Source: Minisyncoccota bacterium
GTDB taxonomy: Bacteria; Patescibacteriota; Minisyncoccia; Phycocordibacterales; PALSA-1337
Length of the DNA stretch: 64,000 nucleotides
NCBI GenBank assembly: GCA_041665325.1
Contig: JBAYJB010000001.1
Span: 61,824 to 125,823, forward strand
Direction: 5' to 3'
Under the pieces are notes generated by a model. The model searched no databases and was not told the DNA's origin. It saw nothing but the letters and a program-made list of their open reading frames with translations. Positions 9,277-18,747 of this stretch are shown here, piece by piece. The first letter of the stretch is position 1; each line of letters opens with the position of its first letter. The position numbers were made by a program, and so were the translations under genes.

Positions 9277-11742
9277 ATGCCCAAGAAATCCGAGGAAAAA
9301 GCCCCTGAAAAAAAGCCGGTTCATACCGGCATTGTCGCGCGCTCGATCACGACCGAGATGCGCGAGTCCTTCCTCGACTATGCCATGTCGGTCATCACCG
9401 ACCGTGCGCTTCCAGACGTCCGTGACGGCCTCAAGCCGGTGCACCGCCGCATCCTCTACGCCATGCACCAGAATGGCCTCAACTATTCCGCCAAGTTCCG
9501 CAAGTCAGCCGTACCAGTGTCAGAGACCATGGGTAACTACCACCCTCATGGCGACGCCGCCATCTACGAGTCGCTGGTCAAGATGGCCCAGAATTTCACT
9601 ATGCGCTATCCGCTCATCCACGGCCAGGGCAACTTCGGCACGGTAGACGGTGATCCGGCTGCCGCCATGCGTTATACCGAAGCCAAGATGTCCCGTCTGG
9701 CCGCCGAGCTCCTGCGCGATATCGACAAGGACACCGTCAATCTTCGTCCCAACTACGATGGCACCAAGAAGGAGCCCGAAGTCCTGCCGACCGCCGTCCC
9801 GAATCTACTCTTGAATGGCACGCTCGGCATCGCCGTGGGTATGGCGACCAATGTCGCTCCGCATAACCTCCGCGAAGTCCTCGACGCTACTACCCATCTC
9901 ATCGACAATAAGGACGCGACCACCGAGGATATTCTCCAGTTCATCAAAGGCCCTGATTTCCCGCTCGGCGCCGTCGTCTACGGGGAGAAGGACATCCACC
10001 ATGCCTATACCACGGGTCGTGGCGGCATGACGGTACGCGGCGAAGCCGAGATCACCGAGGATAAGAAGGGTCAATATCAGATCATCATCACTTCGATCCC
10101 ATTCCGCGTCAACAAGAGCGAGCTCATCATGAAGATCGCCGACCTGGTGCGCGAGAAGGTCGTCGAGGGCGTACGTGCCCTGCGTGATGAGTCTGACAAG
10201 GACATGCGCATCGTGATCGACCTCAAGCAAGGTTCGTATCCCGAGAAGGTCCTCAACCTCCTCTACAAGCACACCCAGCTCGAGGAGACTTTCCATATGA
10301 ATACTGTGGCGCTCGTCCACGGTGTGCCGCAGACTCTGTCTTTGAAGTCGATCTTGCAAGAATTTGTGACGCACCGCATCGAGGTCATCCGCCGTCGCAC
10401 CCAGTTCGACCTCAATGCCGCAGAAGCCCGCGAGCACATCTTGCTCGGCCTCAAGAAAGCTCTCGACCATATCGACGAGATCATCAAGCTCATCCGCGCT
10501 TCCAATGACGTAGCCGATGCCAAAGCTGGCCTCATGAAGAAGTTCAAGTTCAGCGACCTCCAAGCCCAGGCCATCCTCGACATGCGCCTGCAGAAGCTGG
10601 CCGGCCTCGAGCGCAAGAAGGTCCTCGACGAGCTCAAGGAGGTCCAGGCCCTCATCGAAGACCTCAAGAGCATCCTGGGTAGCGACAAGCGCGTCCGTAC
10701 TATCATCAAGATTGAGCTTGCCGAGATCAGGGACAAGTATGGCGACGAGCGCCGCACCCGCATCGTCAAGCACTCCGTCAAGGAGTTCAACCCCGAGGAC
10801 CTCATCGCCGACGAAGAGTCCGTGCTGGTCCTCACCAAGGGCGGCTATATCAAGCGCACTGATCCGTCAGAGTACCGCAAGCAGAAGCGCGGCGGCGTCG
10901 GCGTCGTAGACCTCGACACCAAGGAAGAGGACTTCATCTCCCATATCATCTTCGCCACTACGCACAACGACCTTCTGTTCTTCACCGACAAAGGCAAGGC
11001 CTATCAGATCAAGATGTACGAGATCCCGGAGGGCAAGCGCGCCACCAAGGGCAAGTCGATCATGAATTTCCTGTCTCTTTCCGATGGCGAGCGCGTGACT
11101 TCGATCCTGCCGATGCCCAAGAACAAGAAGGAGGCCGAGGGTCTCTCTCTTATGATGGTCACCAAGGGTGGCACCGGCAAGAAGTCCGCCGCCAAGCATT
11201 TCAAGGATGTGCGCCGGAGCGGCCTCATCGCTATCACCCTCGACGCCGGTGATGAGCTCATCTCCGTGTCGTTCGTGACCAAGTCCGACGAGGTGGTCAT
11301 CGCTACCCGCGAAGGGCAGTCCATCCACTTCAAGGAGTCCGATGTCCGCGAGATGGGTAGGAATGCCGCCGGCGTGCGCGTCATGAAGCTCGAGAAGGAT
11401 AGTGTCATCTCGGCCGATGTCGTCTCCAAGGAAGCCAAGAATCCTTGCCTCTTCGTGATGGGCGCCAACGGCTATGGCAAGAAGACCGAACTTTCCGAAT
11501 ACAAAGTCCAGAACCGCGGCGGCTCCGGCATCCTCACTATGAATGTCACGCCCAAGACTGGTCCGCTCATGGCAGCCAAGGTGGTCACCGACGACGAGGA
11601 AGAGGTCGTGGCGATGTCCAAAAAGTCTCAAGTCATCCGCGTCGATCTCAAGGAGATCCCGACCTTGTCGCGCGCCACCCAGGGCGTGCGCGTCATGAAG
11701 CTCCGTGAAGGGGATTCGTTGGCGAGTCTGATCTGCTTGTAA
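9277..11742 (+). CDS. gyrA: DNA gyrase subunit A
   Basis: 821 aa with the active-site region [10 protein letters not shown] and a C-terminal beta-pinwheel repeat region. Confidence 0.95.
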   Translation: MPKKSEEKAPEKKPVHTGIVARSITTEMRESFLDYAMSVITDRALPDVRDGLKPVHRRILYAMHQNGLNYSAKFRKSAVPVSETMGNYHPHGDAAIYESLVKMAQNFTMRYPLIHGQGNFGTVDGDPAAAMRYTEAKMSRLAAELLRDIDKDTVNLRPNYDGTKKEPEVLPTAVPNLLLNGTLGIAVGMATNVAPHNLREVLDATTHLIDNKDATTEDILQFIKGPDFPLGAVVYGEKDIHHAYTTGRGGMTVRGEAEITEDKKGQYQIIITSIPFRVNKSELIMKIADLVREKVVEGVRALRDESDKDMRIVIDLKQGSYPEKVLNLLYKHTQLEETFHMNTVALVHGVPQTLSLKSILQEFVTHRIEVIRRRTQFDLNAAEAREHILLGLKKALDHIDEIIKLIRASNDVADAKAGLMKKFKFSDLQAQAILDMRLQKLAGLERKKVLDELKEVQALIEDLKSILGSDKRVRTIIKIELAEIRDKYGDERRTRIVKHSVKEFNPEDLIADEESVLVLTKGGYIKRTDPSEYRKQKRGGVGVVDLDTKEEDFISHIIFATTHNDLLFFTDKGKAYQIKMYEIPEGKRATKGKSIMNFLSLSDGERVTSILPMPKNKKEAEGLSLMMVTKGGTGKKSAAKHFKDVRRSGLIAITLDAGDELISVSFVTKSDEVVIATREGQSIHFKESDVREMGRNAAGVRVMKLEKDSVISADVVSKEAKNPCLFVMGANGYGKKTELSEYKVQNRGGSGILTMNVTPKTGPLMAAKVVTDDEEEVVAMSKKSQVIRVDLKEIPTLSRATQGVRVMKLREGDSLASLICL

Positions 11743-11785
11743 TTTTCCTCATAAAATTGTCCCCATGTTGGGCTCAACAGCCATA

Positions 11786-11800
11786 TATTCATGGTAAAAT
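11786..11800 (+). promoter_or_regulatory. Extended -10 promoter TGgTAAAAT, 6 nt upstream of the ATG (leaderless arrangement)
   Basis: TGGTAAAAT at 11792..11800; the methyltransferase ATG is at 11807. Confidence 0.35.
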
Positions 11801-11806
11801 CTACCT

Positions 11807-12325
11807 ATGTTCTCCGAACCAGCCGTAAATCTGCTCAAATTGGGCTTGACTGACGGCTCAAAAGTCGTCGATCTTGGGGCTGGCAGTGGCTTCTATGCCC
11901 TCGAGGCGGCTAGGAGAGTCGGCTCCAGTGGCCGTGTCTATGCCGTGGATGTTCAGAAAGATCTCCTAGAGCGCCTGCGTTCTGCCGGCGCGGTCGAAGG
12001 ACTCCATAACATCGAGGTCGTTTGGGGCAATGCCGAGAAGATCGGCGGCACCAAGCTCCGCGAAGGTATCGCCGACCGCGTGATCGTCTCCAACATCCTC
12101 TTCCAGGTAGCCAACCTCGAAGATTTTGTCCTTGAAGTCAAACGCATCACCAAGCCCGGCGGCAAGATCCTAGTCGTCGACTGGAGCGGTATCACTCCTC
12201 TCTCGCCCAAGGCCATCGTGCCGCTAGAGAAGGCTCAGACTCTGTTCGAGAAGAACGGCTTCTCCCTGGAACAGTCCTGGAATGCCGGCGACCACCATTA
12301 CGGGTTGACTTTCAAGAAGAGCTGA
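11807..12325 (+). CDS. Class I SAM-dependent methyltransferase
   Basis: Motif I VVDLGAGSGFYALEAA. Confidence 0.75.
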   Translation: MFSEPAVNLLKLGLTDGSKVVDLGAGSGFYALEAARRVGSSGRVYAVDVQKDLLERLRSAGAVEGLHNIEVVWGNAEKIGGTKLREGIADRVIVSNILFQVANLEDFVLEVKRITKPGGKILVVDWSGITPLSPKAIVPLEKAQTLFEKNGFSLEQSWNAGDHHYGLTFKKS

Positions 12326-12338
12326 AAAAATAACTGAC

Positions 12339-13640
12339 ATGAAGATTTCCAAATTTCAATTGATCACCTTAGCCATCTTCGTCATCTGCATCATCGCGGG
12401 GGTGATCGCCTTCGCCACATTCAAAAACAGCAGTTCCAAGGATACGATCCCGCCGATCACCGTCTGGGGGACTTTCCCCAAGGCCACTTTCGAGCAGTAT
12501 GTCTCCAGGGTTAACAGCACTCTAGCCCTGCCGATCACCGCCGCTTATACCCAGAAGTCGACCGATGCCTTCCTGTCTGATTTCGTCTCGGCTCTGGCGC
12601 GCGGCTCCGGCCCGGACGCCGTGCTCATCCCGGCCGACATGATCCTACCGGCGCAGGATAAGCTCGCGCCTATCCCGTACTCCGTCATCCCACAGAGGAC
12701 CTTCCTCAATTCCTACATCGACGAGAGCGGCGTGTACCTCTCGGCCGACGGCGTCCTCGCCGTTCCGTTCATCACCGATCCCTTGGTCATGTTCTGGAAC
12801 AGAGACCTCTACAATGCCGCCGGCATCGCTCTGCCACCCAAGTCCTGGGACGAATTTACCGGCCTCAATCAGAAGCTGACGGTCAAGGACCAGAATGGTA
12901 CGATCACCCGGAGTGCTGTAGCCATGGGAGACTTCAGCAATATCACCAATGCCCGGGAGATCCTGGCCACGCTTTTCCTGCAGAGCGGCAACCCGATCAC
13001 AGCCATCGCTTCTGATGGTGCTCTGTCCAGCACCATCAACAATTCCGCCAAGGCCGACCCGACGGCGGCCATCCAGTTCTTCACGCGCTTCGTCGACCCG
13101 ACTGATACCAACTATTCCTGGAACCGCTCATGGCCCAATGCCAAGACGGCCTTCGTCTCCGGAAAGCTGGCGACATACTTCGGATTGGCCTCGGAACTGT
13201 CCGATATCCGCGCCAAGAATCCCAATCTGAATTTCGATGTGGCCGCGGTCCCGCAAGCCAAGCAGGGCAGCGTCAAGACGGTCTATGCTCGGCTCTACGG
13301 CCTATCCATCGTCAAAGCATCGAACAATATCAATGCCGCGTACGCTGTCATCTCCATCCTGACGGACCCGACCAACCTAGTCGAGGTATCCAAGCTGGCA
13401 TACCTGCCTTCCGTCTCCCGCCCAGTCATCGCCGCTGGTTTCGAGGACCCGTATATCACGCTCTTCAACCAGGCGGCTCTGATCAGCCGGACTTGGCTCG
13501 ATGCTGGACCGACGCAATCCAGTCAACTCTTTGCAGAGATGATCCAGAGCGTGACTAGCGGCAAGAAGGCTCCTTATCAAGCCATCCGAGACGCCGGCAG
13601 CCAGTATGATGTGCTCCTGCGCCAAGCGGTAGGGCAATAA
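12339..13640 (+). CDS. Extracellular solute-binding protein (ABC-type, family 1-like), membrane-anchored; no permease or ATPase adjacent
   Basis: 433 aa with N-terminal TM anchor and SBP-like periplasmic domain architecture. Confidence 0.6.
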   Translation: MKISKFQLITLAIFVICIIAGVIAFATFKNSSSKDTIPPITVWGTFPKATFEQYVSRVNSTLALPITAAYTQKSTDAFLSDFVSALARGSGPDAVLIPADMILPAQDKLAPIPYSVIPQRTFLNSYIDESGVYLSADGVLAVPFITDPLVMFWNRDLYNAAGIALPPKSWDEFTGLNQKLTVKDQNGTITRSAVAMGDFSNITNAREILATLFLQSGNPITAIASDGALSSTINNSAKADPTAAIQFFTRFVDPTDTNYSWNRSWPNAKTAFVSGKLATYFGLASELSDIRAKNPNLNFDVAAVPQAKQGSVKTVYARLYGLSIVKASNNINAAYAVISILTDPTNLVEVSKLAYLPSVSRPVIAAGFEDPYITLFNQAALISRTWLDAGPTQSSQLFAEMIQSVTSGKKAPYQAIRDAGSQYDVLLRQAVGQ

Positions 13641-13646
13641 TATAAT

Positions 13647-14087
13647 ATGAAGACTAAACTCATCATTCTCGCTCTCCTCGTCACGAACTTCATGCCAATG
13701 ATCGCGCCTTTGGTATCGGCCCAGAGCCAGGTGCCGGAGGTGAATATCAATGATGAGGGATTCAAACTGGTCATATGCGATGGCCCGGGAGGCCCGCTCG
13801 CCAAGAGCGACCCGAATTACAAGGTTTGTGACTTCCAGGCTCTGATGGATCAGGTCCAATATCTCATCAATGTCATGATCGTCCTCGGGGTGATCGGCGC
13901 GCTAGTGGGTTTTGCTTACTCCGGTTATCTCCATATCACGGGCGTTCCCGGCAACATCACCAAGGCCTGGGGGATATTCAAGAAAGTCGCCATCGGCTTC
14001 GTCATCATGCTCACGGCATGGTTCGTCGTTTATCAGATCCTAGAGTGGCTCACTGGCAATGCGGCCAACTATCTCGGCAATGGTTAA
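13647..14087 (+). CDS. VirB2/TrbC-like pilin family protein (paralog 1 of 6)
   Basis: Sec signal peptide (..APLVSA|QS), about 40-aa mature segment, then two long hydrophobic helices separated by a short polar loop. Confidence 0.6.
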   Translation: MKTKLIILALLVTNFMPMIAPLVSAQSQVPEVNINDEGFKLVICDGPGGPLAKSDPNYKVCDFQALMDQVQYLINVMIVLGVIGALVGFAYSGYLHITGVPGNITKAWGIFKKVAIGFVIMLTAWFVVYQILEWLTGNAANYLGNG

Positions 14088-14094
14088 AAATATC

Positions 14095-14571
14095 ATGAAG
14101 AACACCAACATCATCAAATATCTTGCAGGCGCGTTTTTACTCATCGTCCTACTTCTTGGTTCGAATAGTTTCGTCTTTGCCCAGGGCACAACCGTGACTC
14201 CCGTGTCTAATACAGGGAGTCAGACAGTGACACCAGGATCATCCGGCAGTTTCTCACTCCAGAATCCCTTGAGCAACAAATACAAGACTGTCGGGGGACT
14301 GGTTGGCGGCTTCATGGAATATTTCTCATATCTGGTCATCCTGTTCGCTGTCCTGGCGCTCATATATGTCGGCCTACAGTTCGTCCTGGCGCAAGGGAAA
14401 CCGGACAAGATGAAGGAGCTCAAGGGTTGGCTCGGCTGGATCATCGTCGGCGTGGCCATCGTGATAGGGGCGCGCATCCTGGTCAATGTGGTCATCAACA
14501 CCCTGCAGGCGACGGGCGCGGTGAACCCAAATGTTATTAACAGCGCGAACAATGCCCTGAAGAACCAGTAG
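14095..14571 (+). CDS. VirB2/TrbC-like pilin family protein (paralog 2)
   Basis: MKNTNIIKYLAGAFLLIVLLLGSNSFVFA|QG signal peptide followed by two hydrophobic helices (LVILFAVLALIYVGLQFVLA, WIIVGVAIVIGARILVNVVI). Confidence 0.6.
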   Translation: MKNTNIIKYLAGAFLLIVLLLGSNSFVFAQGTTVTPVSNTGSQTVTPGSSGSFSLQNPLSNKYKTVGGLVGGFMEYFSYLVILFAVLALIYVGLQFVLAQGKPDKMKELKGWLGWIIVGVAIVIGARILVNVVINTLQATGAVNPNVINSANNALKNQ

Positions 14572-14607
14572 TGCTAGTATTTAATCGTATTAATATATAT
14601 AAACATT

Positions 14608-15027
14608 ATGTTCAACAAGACTAAAACAGCATTATTGTCGATTTGTACCTTCTCACTTCCTGCTCTGGTTTCGGCTCAGGTAACGCTTGATCATGTGAGT
14701 GAAACTGGCGTGACAGTCCGCGGGGCTGTTGGCGGGACTACACTTAGCAGCATAATCGATATTATCATCTCGTATCTCGGCCAGATCCTCTTCCTCCTCA
14801 TGGCCTTGGCCGTGGTCATGTTCGTCTGGTATGTCATCAAATACTTCATCAGGGCTGATACAGACAAGAAGGAGGCCGGATCATATGTCATGTACAGCCT
14901 CATCGGCTTCTTCGTCATCCTCTCGCTCTGGGGCATCATCAATATCCTTGGCAACAGCTTCAACATCGGCAACGCGGATAACACTTCCGCGTCCTGGGCC
15001 AACTTCAAGAACCTAATGCCGAAATAA
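14608..15027 (+). CDS. VirB2/TrbC-like pilin family protein (paralog 3)
   Basis: Signal peptide ..PALVSA|QV and two TM helices. Confidence 0.6.
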   Translation: MFNKTKTALLSICTFSLPALVSAQVTLDHVSETGVTVRGAVGGTTLSSIIDIIISYLGQILFLLMALAVVMFVWYVIKYFIRADTDKKEAGSYVMYSLIGFFVILSLWGIINILGNSFNIGNADNTSASWANFKNLMPK

Positions 15028-15032
15028 CTGAT

Positions 15033-15395
15033 ATGAAGAAGATCACCACAGCGCTATTCATCATGTCCCCTTGGATGGTTTTTGCCCAAGACCGAGTCAC
15101 GGATGCCAATTCTCTGTTCGACAAGCTCACTGATCTGGGCAACATGGCGATCTGGCTGCTCATCGGCCTAGCCGTCGTCTTTATCGTCTGGAATTCCGTC
15201 TTGTTCATCTTTCACGCTGCGGATGATACCAACCGCGCCAAATATCGCAGTGCCATCCTCTGGGGGATAGTTGGTTTGTTCATCATCATGTCCATCTGGG
15301 GTTTGGTGGCTATCTTGAGCAATACTTTTGGTACATACAACGAGGATCATGCCGGCGGATTCTCCAAAGATGTGGATAGTCTCATCCTGAAATAG
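15033..15395 (+). CDS. VirB2/TrbC-like pilin family protein (paralog 4)
   Basis: MKKITTALFIMSPWMVFA|QDRVTDANSLFDKLT.. Close paralog of the 15511 gene (ILWGIVGLF.I.SIWGLV.ILSNTF). Confidence 0.65.
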   Translation: MKKITTALFIMSPWMVFAQDRVTDANSLFDKLTDLGNMAIWLLIGLAVVFIVWNSVLFIFHAADDTNRAKYRSAILWGIVGLFIIMSIWGLVAILSNTFGTYNEDHAGGFSKDVDSLILK

Positions 15396-15442
15396 CGCTC
15401 GGATCCGTAATCCACAGCCGCCTTCTGTTCGGCCCAGAAATC

Positions 15443-15494
15443 TGGTATAATCAGGCCAAGCTAAATTGTCGCATTAATTAGCAGTAGCTTAATA
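15443..15494 (+). promoter_or_regulatory. Promoter candidates for pilin paralog 5: extended -10 TGGTATAAT (15443..15451) and TTGTCG-N17-TTAATA (15466..15494)
   Basis: Both read directly from the sequence. Confidence 0.3.
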
Positions 15495-15510
15495 AATATC
15501 AATAATTAGT

Positions 15511-15870
15511 ATGAAAAAGCTCATCGCTACCCTCGCCGTTCTCGCTCCTTCGGTCGCCTTCGCCCAGCGCGCGGTCACCGACGTCAACTCTCTTAGCCAG
15601 AAATTGACAGGCATCGGCAATACGGTCATCGGCATCCTCATCGCCGTCGCCGTCATCTTCCTCATCGTCAATGTCGTCTTGTTCATCGTCAATGCTGGCG
15701 GTGATGATCGCAAGAAGTATCAGAGCGCCATCCTCTGGGGCATCGTCGGCCTGTTCGTCATCCTCTCGATCTGGGGCCTCGTCAACATCTTGAGCAACAC
15801 ATTCAACACTCAGAATCAGGCGCCGATCCAGGATTTCCCAACTAACCCATATCCGGTTCCGGTTCAATAG
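15511..15870 (+). CDS. VirB2/TrbC-like pilin family protein (paralog 5)
   Basis: MKKLIATLAVLAPSVAFA|QRAVTDVNSLSQKLT.. followed by two TM helices. Confidence 0.65.
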   Translation: MKKLIATLAVLAPSVAFAQRAVTDVNSLSQKLTGIGNTVIGILIAVAVIFLIVNVVLFIVNAGGDDRKKYQSAILWGIVGLFVILSIWGLVNILSNTFNTQNQAPIQDFPTNPYPVPVQ

Positions 15871-15894
15871 CATCTTCGTGGGGCGCGCCAATCC

Positions 15895-16188
15895 ATGTTT
15901 TCTCACTTCATAACTATAGCCCAAGCCGCGACTGATGACGCGGCTTTTGGCAAGGCGCTCGATCCGATCATCGCCAATATCGTCAATCCTCTGGTGATGC
16001 TGGCTTTCGCTGTAGCGGTCGTGGCCTTCGTCTACGGAGTGATCCAGATGATCATCCATGCGACCGACGCCCAACAGCACAAGAATGGGCGCTTGAGCAT
16101 GATCGGCGGCCTGATCGGCATGTTCATCATGTTCTCGGCCTGGGGCATCATCAATATCATCTCCAATACGGTCAAGGGGTTCCAGTAG
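15895..16188 (+). CDS. VirB2/TrbC-like pilin family protein (paralog 6); signal peptide not evident from this start
   Basis: The core is conserved (LVMLAFAVAVVAFVYGVIQM.., IGGLIGMFIMFSAWGIINIISNT) but the N-terminus lacks an obvious Sec signal. It may be degenerate or use another start. Confidence 0.45.
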   Translation: MFSHFITIAQAATDDAAFGKALDPIIANIVNPLVMLAFAVAVVAFVYGVIQMIIHATDAQQHKNGRLSMIGGLIGMFIMFSAWGIINIISNTVKGFQ

Positions 16189-16222
16189 GCCTGTAGATAT
16201 TTACTGGGCAAAATTTTGGAGC

Positions 16223-16262
16223 AAAAAAACGGGCCGCTGGAGTAAACTCCTGCGGCCCGTGT
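16223..16262. terminator. Intrinsic terminator hairpin CGGGCCGC..GCGGCCCG with flanking A7/T-rich tracts, between the convergent pilin array and the SPFH operon
   Basis: A7 tract upstream (U7 on the minus strand) and a T-rich stretch downstream. Confidence 0.55.
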
Positions 16263-16278
16263 GGTTTGTCCCCTTGCC

Positions 16279-16707
16279 CTAGGCTTTGGGGACGATCTTC
16301 CAGGCAACCTTGCCTGTCTTGATGGCTTGACCGGGCATTACGCGCCATTCCGTGACATTGGCAGGCGGTGTGACCAGTTTATTAGTCGTACCCTCCTTCC
16401 AGTTTCGCGGATAGAGCGTGTATACCTTGGCCGGATCCTTATCCAGCCGGATCTGCCACCAGACATCATCGGTCAACAGATTTCCGACAACGCTCTTGGT
16501 GTTGTCGAGACAGATCACTTCCTTCCACTGGGTATCGTCGATATCGACGACGCCGGAGGTGGGGGAGGTGGCGACAGCGGCTTTCCGCTGGGAGCTGTTC
16601 TCTAGGAGATCGGGGTTGCGGATGGCCACCCCGACGCCGTAGACGATGAGGCCTAACAGCATCACGATGGCTAGAACCTTCATGGGATTGTTGGTGGTAG
16701 TTTTCAT
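16279..16707 (-). CDS. Hypothetical membrane-anchored protein, translationally coupled to the SPFH gene (ATGA overlap)
   Basis: 142 aa with N-terminal TM (VLAIVMLLGLIVYGVGVAI). A role as an NfeD-like partner is speculative. Confidence 0.45.
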   Translation of the reverse strand: MKTTTNNPMKVLAIVMLLGLIVYGVGVAIRNPDLLENSSQRKAAVATSPTSGVVDIDDTQWKEVICLDNTKSVVGNLLTDDVWWQIRLDKDPAKVYTLYPRNWKEGTTNKLVTPPANVTEWRVMPGQAIKTGKVAWKIVPKA

Positions 16708-17756
16708 CTTCCACCTCCCGCGATAGCGCCGGCTCGCTCCGTCCGTGGCTCATGATCGGTGTTTCCGACACTGCCGACGTTGACGATGCGCCCGCCTTGG
16801 GTGATTGTGACCTTCTTGTCCTTGGCCAGTCGCTCGAACATGATCTCGTCGCGGCAAGCTTTGGCACTGACATCGGGAAGGCCCGCATCTGTGTAGAGCT
16901 TGATCCGGGCGACCGTCTGCTTGTTGATGGTCTCGGTCTCCTTGAGCTCCGAAACCTGCTGCAGCTCCTCGATGACCCGATCCTCGTCGGCGGTGATGAC
17001 CGCCGTATTGATCGGGGTGAGCTCCACCTGGATCTTCTTGATCTTGCCACCCAGTCCGCGCGTGTCGTCAAGCTCGTCGGTATCACCAATCTGCCTATGC
17101 GCCTTGATTCGGGTGAGAAGCTTGACGGCGATGGCTGTCGGATGAGTCTCGGCCCATTTGTATGTCCGAGCGTTCTTCTCATCTTCGGTCAACCCCTCCT
17201 CCTCACCCACTACAATCTCCTGAACACCGACGGCGATGATATCGTTGACCTGGGCCCAATAGCCATCGAAGCCACCGATATCGAACCATTCCCAGAGCTT
17301 GTGAGCCCCGGATCTACGGTCCTTTTCTGGGACGCAGCTCCTATCATCGTCTTCATCCGGCATCACACTGACTGACACCATCCCCTTCATCCTGACGTTG
17401 TCGTGACAGCGCACGCTCGTGATGGGGAACGACTTGTCCAATTTCTTGATGTCGAAGGCAGTGATGCCGATGATGTCGAAACCGAACGGGTTGAGGCCGA
17501 GGGTCAGACCCTCGACCTTGCAATAGGTGCGTTGCCCCAACACTGTCAGGACACCGACCTGTCTCGGCTTGTCTCCGTCGCCCGGCGACAGGATCCTGAA
17601 TCCGGAGGCGATCAAGCCGCCGGGGATAAGGATCAACAGACCAGACCAGAACCAGCCGGAGAAGAGCAGATCCCCACCGATCCCGAATGACAAAAGCATC
17701 AGGAGCAGTAGAGCACTGCAGTATCTGTTCATCAATCCAGTGAATGGATTTTTCAT
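16704..17756 (-). CDS. SPFH/band-7 (stomatin/prohibitin-like) domain membrane protein
   Basis: N-terminal TM segments and a band-7 core (GVLTVLGQRTYCKVEGLTL.. FPITSVRCHDNVRMKGMVSVSV). Confidence 0.6.
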   Translation of the reverse strand: MKNPFTGLMNRYCSALLLLMLLSFGIGGDLLFSGWFWSGLLILIPGGLIASGFRILSPGDGDKPRQVGVLTVLGQRTYCKVEGLTLGLNPFGFDIIGITAFDIKKLDKSFPITSVRCHDNVRMKGMVSVSVMPDEDDDRSCVPEKDRRSGAHKLWEWFDIGGFDGYWAQVNDIIAVGVQEIVVGEEEGLTEDEKNARTYKWAETHPTAIAVKLLTRIKAHRQIGDTDELDDTRGLGGKIKKIQVELTPINTAVITADEDRVIEELQQVSELKETETINKQTVARIKLYTDAGLPDVSAKACRDEIMFERLAKDKKVTITQGGRIVNVGSVGNTDHEPRTERAGAIAGGGR

Positions 17757-17823
17757 AACCTACCTTTTTCCGGATTGCTCCGGAGTTGCGGACCGCCCTC
17801 GAAGAGGGAAGCCCATTGTTTGT

Positions 17824-17850
17824 TGTTTTGACTTAAATTATGTCAATGAG
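17824..17850 (+). repeat. Partial copy of the conserved intergenic motif (TGTTTTGACTTAAATTATGTCAA)
   Basis: Shares GTTTTGACTTA with motif copies A to C. It also forms TTGAC-N9-GTCAA. Confidence 0.3.
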
Positions 17851-17969
17851 CACTCGTTGAGCACACACTGATTTCCACTACTTTGCTGCCTAGAATGATA
17901 TCATTTTATGGGCGGTTTGTCAATAGAGCAGGGCTAGGTTTAGGGCTTAGGTATGGCGCTATAATGACG

Positions 17970-17998
17970 AAAAAAAAGGCGTGCCGTGAGGCACGCCT
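17970..17998 (-). terminator. Intrinsic terminator (AGGCGTGCC-GTGA-GGCACGCCT + T8 on the minus strand) for gene 18002..18610
   Basis: The hairpin is immediately downstream of the stop codon on the minus strand. Confidence 0.6.
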
Positions 17999-18001
17999 TG
18001 T

Positions 18002-18610
18002 TCAATGTTTGTGTGAGTGCCTTCTCAAGCCCAGCTCGTGGGCTAAGAAGTTGTGACCCGCACATTCCCGATCGACTTCCTCGGTGAGAGAAAAGACGAT
18101 TTGCAGTGCCCGTTTCGGGCCGCTCGGGGGTTGATGTTGAATGTGCTGTGAATGTGCCAACAGAGCTGGATTGAGCGATTGGCCGACGGGAGAGTCGGGA
18201 CCTTTCGCCAAACTCCGCCCGAGAACGAGTGATACTTGGACCTCGTGCTTTTCAAGTGATCCCTTCTGGTGACGGGGCGGATCAGATTGACGATTGTTCG
18301 TCATCCGATGCCTATTGTGCCTTTTGGATAGTATCCGCGAAACACGGAAATAGACGGCCTCGCCTCGGGAAGCGATCTCCCGGGTGATGATCTCACCCAT
18401 AGCTTGGACGAAGAACCCGTGTTCATGCGGCCTGGTTGCGACGAGTGTCGAGTTCCTAACGAGTTCATCATCATCATGGGGATGTTGCTGACGATACCTC
18501 TTCAGGAACTCGATCTTGAACGCTATTCGCTTCACCCTGATTCGCTCGCTGACCCGATCAGCGAGGTCTTCTAGCCACTCAAGTTCATTGAACTGTCTTT
18601 GAGCATTCAT
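18002..18610 (-). CDS. Hypothetical protein (His/Arg-rich; no family recognised)
   Basis: Start chosen at MNAQRQFNELEW.., which lies downstream of an extended -10 (minus-strand CTGGTATAAT, plus 18636..18645). The longer ORF to 18721 would start upstream of that promoter. Confidence 0.45.
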   Translation of the reverse strand: MNAQRQFNELEWLEDLADRVSERIRVKRIAFKIEFLKRYRQQHPHDDDELVRNSTLVATRPHEHGFFVQAMGEIITREIASRGEAVYFRVSRILSKRHNRHRMTNNRQSDPPRHQKGSLEKHEVQVSLVLGRSLAKGPDSPVGQSLNPALLAHSQHIQHQPPSGPKRALQIVFSLTEEVDRECAGHNFLAHELGLRRHSHKH

Positions 18611-18747
18611 GAGTTGTAAAGTTTTAGCTAATACTATTATACCAGAAAATAGAGCATTGTCAAGTAAGCAGTGCATAATAAAAAAGCCTCGTGTGGCAGA
18701 CCCTGGGTAGGATCTGCACACACGAGGCTGGTTTGGATGCGTGTCCG

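Noticed and set aside
9805-11631. Large antisense ORFs inside gyrA (9805..10773, 10263..10838, 10867..11631)
   Set aside because: Antisense to a highly conserved gene, with Asp/Leu/Glu- or Ser/Arg-rich low-complexity translations. They are artefacts of high GC.
13635-13646. TATAAT immediately abutting the ATG of pilin paralog 1 as a leaderless promoter
   Set aside because: The -10 hexamer ends 0-1 nt before the ATG, so transcription would start inside the ORF. It is more likely coincidental AT-rich sequence at the SBP stop (..GGGCAATAATATAATATG).
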